Part shown: positions 9,115-19,710 of the stretch, one piece after another
How positions within the stretch are numbered: the first letter of the stretch is position 1
Layout: the number at the start of each line of letters is the position of its first letter
DNA from: Fibrobacteria bacterium
GTDB lineage: Bacteria; Fibrobacterota; Fibrobacteria; UBA11236
NCBI GenBank assembly: GCA_043745805.1
Contig: JAYTSD010000008.1
Span: 64,001-128,000, forward strand
Direction of reading: 5' to 3'
Length of the DNA: 64,000 nucleotides
Program-made: the position numbers and the translations under genes
Notes under the pieces: model-generated
Told to the model about the DNA's origin: nothing
Databases searched by the model: none
Seen by the model: only the letters and a program-made list of their open reading frames with translations

Positions 9115-12100
9115 CTACCGCGAAATCACCAAAGTATTTCTCTTTGTACTCAAGGTATTATAATTAACCGTTTCAAAATCCGCTTTGCGTCGCACTTGCA
9201 CTTGATAAAAATACACCCCATTGGCTAATAAATTATTCCATTCATCCCGTCCATCCCAATGCTGACCGGACCCCGAAAGATGATCTAATTTCCGCACTAA
9301 AAATCCGCTTTGATTATAAATACGCAACTCAAAACTTAAACTGTCTTTACTTTTATCTTGCCCTAATTCGCCTTCCGCAGCCGGTAGTACCGAAGCGAAA
9401 TAAAAAGTGGTGCCATTGCGTTTCATGGGATTGGGGGAATTATAAACCTTAATTAAGGCCAATGAGCTGTCGCTGCGAATATCCATTTGCAGTTGTCTTT
9501 GGGTAATATTTCCATACCCATCACGTGCCGAAACTTTTAATAAATGTATTCCGGGTTTAAAATTTTTAGCATCCACATTAAGCTTATAGGTTTTGCGCCT
9601 CAATTCATCATCACGCGGCTGCGGATGAAACGGCTCTAGTATGCCTGGCACTTCAAAAGTTGTGCCTTGATCAGGGCCGTCGCCATTTACCGGACCACTT
9701 AAAGAATCGGTCACTTGTACTTCCAAACAATACGGTAACGATAAAGTTACCTTCGAACCAAAATCTTCGGAAGCCGTTTGTGCCCCATTGCATCCGGTAA
9801 TAATAATTTTGGGGCCGTCATTATCTTCTCCACCACAATTTTTGGCAACGCTGCCTATGCGAATATTTTGTTTAGCTACTGACCCTTCCATTTCCTGACT
9901 GCCATCCCAAGCAAAGGCAGAAATAAGCGCCGTAGTATCTCCAAAAGGCACCGCTTTAGGAAATAAATATTCGGCATCAAAAGTGAAGTTTTCATAGGCA
10001 ATAACGCGTTCAAAAAGAATATTACCGCGCTTAACAATGCTTTGAGTTTCCAAATTTCCGGGGAAATAATCTTTAACTGTACTTCCTCCAAAAATTTTTA
10101 TTTGCACAAATCCCTTGCCACTACCGCCTTGAATTTTTCCTTGAATGTGTCCGCAACCTAAGGATTGTAGGGTGTCGGGAGCTTGCGTAAAAGCAATATG
10201 CAAAGGAGGCTTACGCAAAAGCAAAACCGGTTCGCCCAATAGATTATATTTAGCATCGTTATTTCCGTTGAAAGAGCCCTTGCCGTTTTTTGCATTTCTT
10301 AAAGCATCGCCAACGGTTATGGCAGTATGCAATGAATCCGGCCAAAAAATATTTGCATAGAATGCGGAGGCTAAAGCAATATTGGGATCGGGAAAAGATT
10401 CGCGAGTAGAAGATACAGCGGATATTGCACCGACACTCGGCGCGCGCACAAATTGTTCGCTCAATCCATCTTTCTTTACCAAATCATAGCGGCCCACAGT
10501 ACAAGAAAAAGCATTGATCATAAAATTTTTCCCAACATTATTTAGACGGGATAAAGCATCTGCGGACTGCAATAAGCCTTCATCGGCCCAAACCTCTTCG
10601 GATCCATGGCCCACATAATTTACCATGAGCGCTCCTTTATCTTGATTTAATAAATTCAAAAGGTCTTGCGCCGCCTCGGGCTTTTGTCCTGCAGCATTAG
10701 GAACATAATCCAGTAAAGAAATTTTATCCAAAGTTAAACCAGGATCATTTGCTTGCACAATTTTGGCTAATAACTCGGATTGATTATTGTGTCGGCCTAT
10801 GGGATCTTCATTATTTGGTCGTCCGCGTTGACTAGCATCATCGGCGGTAAATACTACGCGTCCTCGCCATTGTCCATTGGGTTTTCCCGCTTTAATTCCA
10901 TATACTTGAGGATCTTCAAAGGCTTTTATTTTTTCAAAAATATTCTTCCATTGATCTAAGTTTTCAATAGGGATTCTTCCGATGTTTAAAGACAATAGGG
11001 AGGTTCCCCACGTCGATGTGGAATCAAACCATCCATAAAAATCATCACTCACTTCGGTATACCATTCATAAGGAGGAATGAAGTTTTTTTTGTCTGAAGA
11101 AACAATAATGTTACGGTAATCGAAATGTCCATCCCCCAATAGCACCACATATTTAAGCGGATTATCAGCCGCCGATTTACCCCCCCATTTATTCAAAGCA
11201 TATTGCAAAAAATCACGAATCGCTACGGGCGATAAACGCCCTCCAGAAAATTCACGGTATATATCTTCGGTTCTAACAATTGCTGTTTTTAAAGGGAAAG
11301 CTCTTTTACCATCATTGCGAAAACTTCTTAATTGCTGCGCAGCTGAAAAGAAAACATTGGGCGTAATAATTAAATACTCGGGGTTAACCCCATCACTCGT
11401 TCCTAAATTTCGGATAGCCGAGTTTCCGGACGGTAAATTTTCCAGCGAAATATTGGACTTGGCGAAGATTAATTCATCTTTACCTTTGCGGTAAAAATAA
11501 TAGCGGACATTTTCATCTTCTGCTACGCTATCCGAAAAATCTCCAGCAATACTTAAGACTATTTCATTTGTAGCTACGCCGTCAACCACTTTGAGACCTT
11601 GTAAATCAGAAGGACCGGTCACATGATAGCTCAATCTTATCCCTGTATTGGGAGGGAAAATCCAAAAAGGTTTGCTTACATATTTATTCTCGCGATTATA
11701 TACAAACGTATAGCCTTCTAATTTTTTACCGTTAAACCAATATACTGAATCGAATTTGAAGCGATTTAAAGTGCTTGGGCCTGGTAGAGAATAGTAACTT
11801 GCTCCGTTTTGCATTTTATTAATAGCTGTATTGTAGATAAATGTTTTTTGATTTAAAGTTGGAGTAAAATTGTTTTGAGTAGAACGGGGTAATACGCTCA
11901 ATCCCACATAAAGCGAATCTTCTTTATAAGCAGAAATTGTATCTAGTTCTTCGCTAAATAACTGATTGCCAGATAGAGTGCTTGGCTTTTCTCCAGAACA
12001 CGCCGGACTACCTTCACCCGCTCTCATAAACCAAAACCAATTGATTCCTGTCGCAGAATCAGTTCCCGGTGATGGATCACACTCAGCTATTGCCACTACT

Positions 12101-13272
12101 TTTTGCGCACGCAAATAGGTATATGACGAGCTTAAAGAATTGGAACTTGCTGATGGTATAGCCGTCAAGCGTTGGGCTGTAGCCGCATTCGTAGCAGAGA
12201 AGTTTAAATAATAAAAGTTTTTTAAGGAATACGGATCACTATTAAATTCAAATTGAATTTTGCCATTGCCTTTAATTTTTTTCCATGTACTCGTTCCATG
12301 TCCATAGAAATAAATTGTGTCGCCGGCATCAAAGTTGGTATTAGCATTTGCATCCACCACGCGAATAGGTATTTCATGCAAATTGGTTGAATCGGGAACG
12401 GTTCCTTTAGGTTGGGCTTTTAATGTATCATTGGGGCCTGTAAATACTCGTATTTTATTCACTGATAGTCCTACAAATTTACTGCTGATAGAATCTGCGA
12501 GATCAAGGAAAGGAATCGCATACATACCATCTTCAGCAAAACCATCGATTTGCCTATCCCCTACGGAAAGCTTTATGTAAGCGTCGCCTATGTTTATTTC
12601 GGAACGGCCATTTATTTTTCGTAAGGCATGACTAGTTTGGTAATTAAATCGTCCACCTAGCGGGTTTTTGATTCCCCACAAAAACATTTCGGGTAATGTG
12701 GACGTAGCGGGTGCGTTTTTTAGGTTAGAGAAGGTTACCGTAACATGTATTTTTTTAAGTCGAGTTAAAGTTTTATTTTCCTGCGCCCATAAAGCTAAAG
12801 GTAAAGTAATCGTGCGACAGGGCACACCGCGTAACATTTGTATCTCCCCTATTTTAGGGCTTAATATATTAGCCGCCGAATAGTATTGCGCATCGACTTT
12901 ACTTTCAAATTGTGTGGTGGTTTTGTAAGTGCGTACGGGAGCCAATACCTTTGCCAAAACACTATTTTCCGAACTAACCACATCAATCTGAACTTGCGGC
13001 ATGGCATCGCCAGTAATAACGCGAAAACTGTAAATGGGTAATTGCGGAGCGCCTTGTCGATTTTCTGTTTCGCAACCCAAACAGGAAATGGCTAATCCGC
13101 CATCGAGCGAAGTCAGGCTGGCATTCGGTGGTGTAATTTCCAATTCCAACGCTCCGGCAACATCGCGAAGTACTTTACCAAAATCTGCATTGGCTTTATG
13201 ACTTAAAATCAATAGGCAAATAAGAGTTAAAATTAAGCGCGAGGATATTTTATGCGCTAAAAAATATTTCAT
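9115..13272 (-). CDS. PorU-like C25 (gingipain-family) cysteine peptidase/sortase with FlgD-Ig-type C-terminal domain
   Basis: YFYGHG, EYLIITP, DIYREFSGG, VLLGDG, IGRIP, catalytic YVGHG and FSC, LLGEP; C-terminus YNSPNPM...IYNQSGFLVR...WDGRD...NGVYFY. Confidence 0.85.
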   Translation of the reverse strand: MKYFLAHKISSRLILTLICLLILSHKANADFGKVLRDVAGALELEITPPNASLTSLDGGLAISCLGCETENRQGAPQLPIYSFRVITGDAMPQVQIDVVSSENSVLAKVLAPVRTYKTTTQFESKVDAQYYSAANILSPKIGEIQMLRGVPCRTITLPLALWAQENKTLTRLKKIHVTVTFSNLKNAPATSTLPEMFLWGIKNPLGGRFNYQTSHALRKINGRSEINIGDAYIKLSVGDRQIDGFAEDGMYAIPFLDLADSISSKFVGLSVNKIRVFTGPNDTLKAQPKGTVPDSTNLHEIPIRVVDANANTNFDAGDTIYFYGHGTSTWKKIKGNGKIQFEFNSDPYSLKNFYYLNFSATNAATAQRLTAIPSASSNSLSSSYTYLRAQKVVAIAECDPSPGTDSATGINWFWFMRAGEGSPACSGEKPSTLSGNQLFSEELDTISAYKEDSLYVGLSVLPRSTQNNFTPTLNQKTFIYNTAINKMQNGASYYSLPGPSTLNRFKFDSVYWFNGKKLEGYTFVYNRENKYVSKPFWIFPPNTGIRLSYHVTGPSDLQGLKVVDGVATNEIVLSIAGDFSDSVAEDENVRYYFYRKGKDELIFAKSNISLENLPSGNSAIRNLGTSDGVNPEYLIITPNVFFSAAQQLRSFRNDGKRAFPLKTAIVRTEDIYREFSGGRLSPVAIRDFLQYALNKWGGKSAADNPLKYVVLLGDGHFDYRNIIVSSDKKNFIPPYEWYTEVSDDFYGWFDSTSTWGTSLLSLNIGRIPIENLDQWKNIFEKIKAFEDPQVYGIKAGKPNGQWRGRVVFTADDASQRGRPNNEDPIGRHNNQSELLAKIVQANDPGLTLDKISLLDYVPNAAGQKPEAAQDLLNLLNQDKGALMVNYVGHGSEEVWADEGLLQSADALSRLNNVGKNFMINAFSCTVGRYDLVKKDGLSEQFVRAPSVGAISAVSSTRESFPDPNIALASAFYANIFWPDSLHTAITVGDALRNAKNGKGSFNGNNDAKYNLLGEPVLLLRKPPLHIAFTQAPDTLQSLGCGHIQGKIQGGSGKGFVQIKIFGGSTVKDYFPGNLETQSIVKRGNILFERVIAYENFTFDAEYLFPKAVPFGDTTALISAFAWDGSQEMEGSVAKQNIRIGSVAKNCGGEDNDGPKIIITGCNGAQTASEDFGSKVTLSLPYCLEVQVTDSLSGPVNGDGPDQGTTFEVPGILEPFHPQPRDDELRRKTYKLNVDAKNFKPGIHLLKVSARDGYGNITQRQLQMDIRSDSSLALIKVYNSPNPMKRNGTTFYFASVLPAAEGELGQDKSKDSLSFELRIYNQSGFLVRKLDHLSGSGQHWDGRDEWNNLLANGVYFYQVQVRRKADFETVNYNTLSTKRNTLVISR

Positions 13273-13348
13273 GGAATTCGCTCCATTGGGGAAATGCTAA
13301 TAGTGTACAAAAAAGGTGACCAAGCAAAAACCCAAATAACTTCAGAAG

Positions 13349-14254
13349 TTAGCGCCACATAAAAAAGGAGCCTTGCCCCAAAATAGGCGCCGCTTTTTCA
13401 GCTAATAATGAAAGCGGTGATTTCGCGTTTTCCGTTAAGTTTTCCACCCAATTTTTAGCAGGAGGTTCTTGAATATAGGACGCATCTGCTCCTAATTGAG
13501 TTTGTGTTTCTAAATATTGCTTCGCTTCCGAAAGTCCCCCTAAAGTGTCTACCAAGCCTACGGCATAAGCTTGTAAACCAGTCAAGACTCGGCCATCCGC
13601 TACTTTCAATAATTCTGCACGTTTAATTTTCCGATTAGCCAATACATCCCCCACAAACTGTTCATAGGTATTGTCAATAACGCTTTGCAAATAGCTTAAT
13701 TCATCGGGCGTGGATTTACGCGCATAATTTCCAACATCTTTTAATGCGCCGCTTTTAACCGTAGTTAAATTAACTCCAATTTTTTTCATGAGTTCGGACG
13801 CTTCGGGAAATTGAAAAATAACGCCAATGCTACCGGTTAAAGTTCCGCGATTGCTAAAAATTTTATCGCCTGCTAAGGAAATGTAATAGCCGCCCGAAGC
13901 GGCAATATTTCCATAACTCACCACAATGGGAATATGTTTTTTAACCTTTAAAGCTTTAAGTGCGGAATACACTTCTTGTGAAGCGCCTACGGCTCCGCCA
14001 GGAGAGTCCATACGCAACAGGATACCTTTGCAGTTATCGCCTTTGCTAATGCGCTCTATGCTTTTTAAATAGGTTTCTCCCGAAAGGATAGGGCCTTCAA
14101 TGCGTAAGAGCACTAAATGCGGTTTGTTCTCCTCACCCATATTAGCCACATTGTCAAAATGGCCAACCATCTTCACAAGGGCTGTCGCGAAAAACAAAAA
14201 GGCAATGATTATTAAAAGGCAAAGGGCTATGAATATTTTTACGAATCTGGTCAT
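13349..14254 (-). CDS. sppA: Signal peptide peptidase SppA (S49, short form)
   Basis: DSPGG, AASGGYY, TGSIGV, KSGALKD, DGRVLTG motifs. Confidence 0.93.
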   Translation of the reverse strand: MTRFVKIFIALCLLIIIAFLFFATALVKMVGHFDNVANMGEENKPHLVLLRIEGPILSGETYLKSIERISKGDNCKGILLRMDSPGGAVGASQEVYSALKALKVKKHIPIVVSYGNIAASGGYYISLAGDKIFSNRGTLTGSIGVIFQFPEASELMKKIGVNLTTVKSGALKDVGNYARKSTPDELSYLQSVIDNTYEQFVGDVLANRKIKRAELLKVADGRVLTGLQAYAVGLVDTLGGLSEAKQYLETQTQLGADASYIQEPPAKNWVENLTENAKSPLSLLAEKAAPILGQGSFFMWR

Positions 14255-14278
14255 GGCCAGAATATAACAAGTGAATGT

Positions 14279-16399
14279 TTATTTGACCCGAATTTTAGTG
14301 CCAGCTTTTAACACGGAAGGCATGGGAGCATTTAAAGCTTTAATTTTTTCCACTGTACTCTGAAACTTTACAGAAATGTCCCATAAGCTATCTCCCGATT
14401 TAACCACATAAAATTTTTTCTCGGTGTTTATTAAAGGTTCGGCTTCGGCCGACGTAACTTCAGCATGACTGTCCTTAGCAACCTTTGTAAGCCCTTGCAC
14501 CTTCAATTTTTGTCCCGATCGAATTTGATTTCTTTTCAAATTATTCCATTTCGATAAATCACTCATGGACACATTTAATTTATTCGCAATGGAAAAAAGC
14601 GTTTCCCCATCCATCACTTTGTAGGTGCTGAATGCACCATTTTTAGTCTTCTTGCTACTGGAGATATTTTGTGTCTCTAAAGAACCCGCTTCTTCTGCTG
14701 CCACGGGCTCTATTTTACAACAAGCCTTTCGGGTAGCTTTGCGCAAAGTCAAGCGCTGACCAGCCCGCAAATGGCTGTGTGAGGTTAGTCCATTAAGTTG
14801 CATAATCTTTTTTACAGAAATGCCCGTTTTACGCGAAACATCATAAAAATTATCTCCGCGTTTTACTTTATAAGTAAAAGCTTGGCTTTCACTCGGTTCT
14901 TCTTCGGATCCCTCCAAAGAGCCTGTTGATAAGGCATCCAAATCCGCACCATTCTCAAGTGAAACCGGAATTAATAAACTTTGTCCCCGCTTTACGTTTT
15001 GGCCTTTTAATTTATTAGCTGCTTTAATTGCGGCTACCGAAACATGAAAGTGTTTAGCAATACCCGCCAAACTTTCGCTTTTCCCTACTATGTGATGCTG
15101 CCAATTCACTAATTTGGTTTTATCCAAGGCTTCATAATTTTTAATAAAAGTTTCGCGTGTTCCCGAAGGTAAATAAATCACATATTGGGATCGATTAGGA
15201 GGTGTACACCAACGGCGCAAGGCAGGATTCAAAGCTGTGATCTCAGCTTCTTTAGTTTCTGCAGCACGTGCAATAGTGGAAAAAGCTAAGCAATGAAAAA
15301 CACTCACCGTATCGAATAGTAATGGAGGTTCAGGATTATCAATAGTAAATCCATATACCTCGGGATTATGTCCGATGATCATCGCTGCCAAAATTTTAGG
15401 CACATAATAACGAGTTTCCTTTGGTAAGGCCATATCCCAATAGGATTGACTGCTGTCTTGTGCTAATAAACGGCGTACTCTATTTTCTCCGCAATTATAG
15501 CCCGCCATAGCCATATTCCAATCTTGGAATTCTTCATGCAAATCATTCAAATAATTTAAAGCCGCTTCCGTTGCTTGCACAGGATCTCGACGCGGATCTA
15601 TCCACCAATCATCGGCTAAACCATAGCGACGACCCGTTCCCGAAATAAATTGCCATATTCCACTGGCTTTAGCTTTGGACCATGCCTTGGGATTAAAGCC
15701 ACTTTCGACCATAGCTAAATACAATAAATCACGCGGCATTTTTTTCTCTGCTAATTTAGCTTGAATTATTTTTTCAAAACGCGAACGGCGATTTAACCAA
15801 CGCGAAAAGTAACCGCGTCCGGGTCCCGTAAATACGGCAATGGCCTGCACCACTCTTTCATCTAAAGGCACGCTAATGGGTAAATCATATTTTTTAAAAT
15901 CGATATGATGTGTGATAGAGTCAATCCGATGCACCGAAGAATCACTTAGCTGATCCAGTTCTTCATCAAAATACGCGGTCCAAGGCACTACATTGCCCAT
16001 TGTATTGGTGCGTGCAATAGTTTTTAACAATAAATTTTGCACGCTGTCTTGATAGTTTTTTATCGCATAGGCAAAGTTGGGGCCTAAGGAGTCATTGGCT
16101 TCGAGGGTGGAGAGATAAGTTAATGCACTATCAAAATTTTCACTGGCTTCAAACCATAAGGAATCTTTAAGATTATCCAAGCCCAAATTGGTGAACTCAT
16201 TCACCTCCGAAAAAAGTACTTCTTCGTCAACACTAATTTTTTTTAAGGGAAGTGTTTCCGTTTTACCGGCAGTCTTATGTCCAGCACAACCAAATTGCAA
16301 AAATAATATCCATAAAAAAGCAAAGGCTTTAACCCCTTTGCTGAATCTATGTTTAGCTAAATGCGACTTATCCCATACCCTATTTGCCATAGAGGCCAT
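14279..16399 (-). CDS. mltD: MltD-like lytic transglycosylase lipoprotein with 4 LysM domains
   Basis: Lipobox FGC; SLT motifs VESGF, GIWQF, YNCG, ETRYY; four LysM repeats. Confidence 0.88.
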   Translation of the reverse strand: MASMANRVWDKSHLAKHRFSKGVKAFAFLWILFLQFGCAGHKTAGKTETLPLKKISVDEEVLFSEVNEFTNLGLDNLKDSLWFEASENFDSALTYLSTLEANDSLGPNFAYAIKNYQDSVQNLLLKTIARTNTMGNVVPWTAYFDEELDQLSDSSVHRIDSITHHIDFKKYDLPISVPLDERVVQAIAVFTGPGRGYFSRWLNRRSRFEKIIQAKLAEKKMPRDLLYLAMVESGFNPKAWSKAKASGIWQFISGTGRRYGLADDWWIDPRRDPVQATEAALNYLNDLHEEFQDWNMAMAGYNCGENRVRRLLAQDSSQSYWDMALPKETRYYVPKILAAMIIGHNPEVYGFTIDNPEPPLLFDTVSVFHCLAFSTIARAAETKEAEITALNPALRRWCTPPNRSQYVIYLPSGTRETFIKNYEALDKTKLVNWQHHIVGKSESLAGIAKHFHVSVAAIKAANKLKGQNVKRGQSLLIPVSLENGADLDALSTGSLEGSEEEPSESQAFTYKVKRGDNFYDVSRKTGISVKKIMQLNGLTSHSHLRAGQRLTLRKATRKACCKIEPVAAEEAGSLETQNISSSKKTKNGAFSTYKVMDGETLFSIANKLNVSMSDLSKWNNLKRNQIRSGQKLKVQGLTKVAKDSHAEVTSAEAEPLINTEKKFYVVKSGDSLWDISVKFQSTVEKIKALNAPMPSVLKAGTKIRVK

Positions 16400-16454
16400 A
16401 GGGGGGGTTCCAAAACAGGTAATACAATGAATGGCAAGCTACCTGTGGTTCTGA

Positions 16455-16658
16455 TTATTCTTCAAAATCCAAATCTTCGGCATAGTCTTTCCAAATATCC
16501 GTTTTCTTAAACTTCGGATTATCGAAATCAACTTCTTCGTTTTCATCTTCATCATCATCGTCAGCAGAATCTTCATCTTCGTTTTCTAGTGGATCTAGAT
16601 CATCGAAGTCATCATGTTTAGGGCGTCTACCGCATTCCCAAATTTCTTCACGATTCAT
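16455..16658 (-). CDS. Small, highly acidic hypothetical protein
   Basis: 67 aa, very Asp/Glu-rich; AGGAGG RBS upstream of the ATG. Confidence 0.65.
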   Translation of the reverse strand: MNREEIWECGRRPKHDDFDDLDPLENEDEDSADDDDEDENEEVDFDNPKFKKTDIWKDYAEDLDFEE

Positions 16659-16782
16659 AACAACGAACCTCCTATTGAGTATATCATAATTTTTGCAAAT
16701 ATATCTTGGGAACCATAATTGTCAAGCATTTTATAAAATTAACGGTACATAAGCTGTTAAAAATGGATAATACTCATAAATT

Positions 16783-18384
16783 TTATTGTTTCTGCACAAA
16801 TTGCACTGGAAATGACACCGGAATATCCACATTCGAGCCCGGATCTTCGCGAAACTTCCAATGCTTAATATTTCGCAAAATTTCCGAGTTAAACCCTTCA
16901 TTTGTAATGGTACTCTTTTCATTTACGATTTTTGCGTCTTTAACTTCTCCCTTGGGATCAACTAACATACGCACAGTGATTTGACCTTCAAAGGCCTGAC
17001 CTTTTCTTAACCACTTTTGATATACAAACTCTAACTCCCCATGGTTATTCTCAATGGTGGCAAAAATGGATTCTTGTCGCATGGGATCAGCATGAATCTT
17101 TGCAGCTACATGCTTAGGAGGAGCTATAGTCGGTTTCAATTTATTTTCTAATTGCAAAGCCGCCACTTTAACTTCTTCGTCTTTATCGCCTTTTGTTTTT
17201 TTGTCTTGGCCGCGCAAATCAGCAATTTGAATGTCTTCCAAGTTTTCCATCTTAGCGACTTTATATTCTTGTAAGGAATTGGCCTCATGACTGACCATAC
17301 CAGCTCGCGTTTCTTTCGGTTTCGAATCGTCTAGTGATTTTAAAGTATTGATGAATTTAAAATCTTGATACTGTTCAATTTTCTTAAGCGCCGCCTTGGT
17401 TAAATCCGAATCATTCACATAAATTTTACCTAAAAGGTAAAGGCGTCGATTCGCTTTTTTCGCCGTATTTGAATTTGGATTTTGCGCAATAATTTGCCGG
17501 TATTTTTGTACCGCTTCATTTTCCATGCCCATTTCTTCTTGTGAACGTCCAATTAAATAATCCCCTTCAAGGACTTCACTCGGAATGGTTTTCTCATCCG
17601 CAACAACCTGTTCTAAAATTTTTATGGCTTCTTGATAATTGGCTAAAAAAAACATTTGCCTACCTTGGCTAAAAGGGGTTTGCGGCAAAGCGCGGGCTTC
17701 GCGAATTTGATCTTGCAAACCTTTAAGAATATCGATGAGTTTTTGGGCCACATGCGCGTCTTCACTACCCGGCACCAAATCTATTACTTTTTTGAACTGT
17801 ACAATAGCAGGATCGTATTGCCCCAATACACTGGTACAAAATCCGATATGTAACACTAAAGTAGCCTGTAACCCCTCGGTTAAGTGCGTATCGCTTAAAC
17901 GGCTTTTATAAACCTCAATAGCCTTTTCGTATTTACGCGCACGTTCATAGAAATAGGCCACTTCCAATTCCTTTAACATATCGGGAGGTAAATCAATTTT
18001 CACTTTTTTCTTCCCGAGAATAAATTCCACGCCACCAATAAGTGTTTGGATTAGTTTTGAAGAAAAGGATTGTATAGGAACTTGATTGGTAATTAATTGT
18101 TGCGTCGCTAAGGATTGTAAACGCACTTCTAAACCACTTTCATCATCTTCCGGTGCAGCTTGTCTTTTTTTGATCAGTTCAAAGCGCGCTAACATATTCA
18201 AAGAATGATTGCTATTATAATTTTGCGATAGCGCCACCATACTTTTATTGAATTCTTCCATGCGGAATTGAATGATACTCTCATTCAAATACAAGCTGAG
18301 AAACAAGAAAAAGCCAATCAACACTAAGGGTTGAATGGCAAACCAAAAATTAGATAGGCCGGATATTTCCCTACCCTGACTCAA
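16783..18384 (-). CDS. Membrane-anchored TPR protein with C-terminal TonB_C/AgmX-PglI-like domain
   Basis: N-terminal TM helix, BamD/CpoB-like TPRs, C-terminus YQKWLRK..FEGQITVRMLVDPKGEV...IKHWKF...FPVQF. Confidence 0.75.
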   Translation of the reverse strand: MSQGREISGLSNFWFAIQPLVLIGFFLFLSLYLNESIIQFRMEEFNKSMVALSQNYNSNHSLNMLARFELIKKRQAAPEDDESGLEVRLQSLATQQLITNQVPIQSFSSKLIQTLIGGVEFILGKKKVKIDLPPDMLKELEVAYFYERARKYEKAIEVYKSRLSDTHLTEGLQATLVLHIGFCTSVLGQYDPAIVQFKKVIDLVPGSEDAHVAQKLIDILKGLQDQIREARALPQTPFSQGRQMFFLANYQEAIKILEQVVADEKTIPSEVLEGDYLIGRSQEEMGMENEAVQKYRQIIAQNPNSNTAKKANRRLYLLGKIYVNDSDLTKAALKKIEQYQDFKFINTLKSLDDSKPKETRAGMVSHEANSLQEYKVAKMENLEDIQIADLRGQDKKTKGDKDEEVKVAALQLENKLKPTIAPPKHVAAKIHADPMRQESIFATIENNHGELEFVYQKWLRKGQAFEGQITVRMLVDPKGEVKDAKIVNEKSTITNEGFNSEILRNIKHWKFREDPGSNVDIPVSFPVQFVQKQ

Positions 18385-19701
18385 TTAACTACTCCGTTTA
18401 TCAATGGCATAATTACTACCATCAACTTTCTTTACATACTTTTTCATTTCTGCTGCAATAGAAACAATTTTGCGATGATCGGAAATAGGTTGATAATGAT
18501 TACTGGCCACGGCTAAAGAAATGGACATTAAGGGGAAACGTACACGTTTCCCTTGTCTATCTACTGAATCAATAAATCCTTGCTTGGCATCCACTTCATT
18601 ATAAAATTGATTGACGCCACTATCGAAGGTACTGACAATGCCCTTGCAAACAGCCTCCCATGAGGTATAGGAAGTAACGGTTACAAAATCATCACCCCCT
18701 TCATGGCCTACAAATGTGGTGTCATCTCCAAATTTTTTAGCCGCTTCTAAAAAGGCATCGCGTGTATATAAAATGGCATCATCGCCTTTGGAAAAACCAT
18801 ATTTATCATTATAGGCTTTGAAATTATCTAAGTCGCCATAAATAACCGCAAATTCCACGCCCTTACTAATACAATTTTCAATTTCTTTTACAATCACATT
18901 ATTGCCAGGCAAACCAGAAAGCGGATTCGCGCCTTTCGCTTCTTCGCGAATGCGTACAAGGTTCAATACCATTTCTTGAAATCCCGAAGCGAGCATTCCA
19001 ATTTCATCATTTTGTTTCACATCAATAGTTTGATTAAAGTCGCCTTTAGAAACGGCATGGGTAATACGTTCTAATTTGGTTAAGGGAATAATTACAATTT
19101 TACGCAAAAACATGGCAAAGATAAATTGCAAAACCATCACAATAAATGTGACCAGTAAGCATAAACGTAAAAGCACGTTCTTATCTTCTTCCAAGCCCTT
19201 AATCGTTAAGGGGAATTTGAAAACCACGGTTTCCCCACTTTTAGGCAAGGCCATAGGAATATATAAGCTGATTAAATGACTTTTAATATCAATGTCATGA
19301 TAAAACTCCTTATCTTCTAATTCATATTTCGCAATGCTGCGGTTTACGATTACTTTTTCTTCGGGAGGAACCGCGGGTGATTTGCCTGGACCTTTATAAT
19401 ATAGCGGCTCTCCAGCTTCGGAAAAAGCCATCATCTCTTTAATATTTTCTTTAGTTACGGCGGTAAAAATTTTTTCGTAGGTAGCTTGGTCTTGCTTATT
19501 CACCATATCGCCGCTAACCTTTGCGATGAGTTGGCGCATTTTCACAGATTGATTTTCGGCAACAACCTGTTGGTTACGGGTAATCAAATCACTTTGATTT
19601 TCCCAAATAATAAAATTGAATACCGATGATATCAAAACCGTGAGGATGATATAAAGGATACTGGTCTTATAAGAAAGGGAATTTCGGCGTATCCCGAGCA
19701 T
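18385..19701 (-). CDS. Membrane HAMP-GGDEF protein (putative diguanylate cyclase, GGDDF variant)
   Basis: Two TM helices, HAMP (NDEIGMLA), NPLSGLPGN, DLDNFKAYNDKYG, GHEGGDDF. Confidence 0.85.
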   Translation of the reverse strand: MLGIRRNSLSYKTSILYIILTVLISSVFNFIIWENQSDLITRNQQVVAENQSVKMRQLIAKVSGDMVNKQDQATYEKIFTAVTKENIKEMMAFSEAGEPLYYKGPGKSPAVPPEEKVIVNRSIAKYELEDKEFYHDIDIKSHLISLYIPMALPKSGETVVFKFPLTIKGLEEDKNVLLRLCLLVTFIVMVLQFIFAMFLRKIVIIPLTKLERITHAVSKGDFNQTIDVKQNDEIGMLASGFQEMVLNLVRIREEAKGANPLSGLPGNNVIVKEIENCISKGVEFAVIYGDLDNFKAYNDKYGFSKGDDAILYTRDAFLEAAKKFGDDTTFVGHEGGDDFVTVTSYTSWEAVCKGIVSTFDSGVNQFYNEVDAKQGFIDSVDRQGKRVRFPLMSISLAVASNHYQPISDHRKIVSIAAEMKKYVKKVDGSNYAIDKRSS

Positions 19702-19710
19702 TAAACCTCA

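Noticed and set aside
18385-19000. Hypr-type (3',3'-cGAMP-making) GGDEF enzyme
   Set aside because: The specificity residue is the canonical Asp (YGFSKGD), not the Ser/Thr of Hypr enzymes
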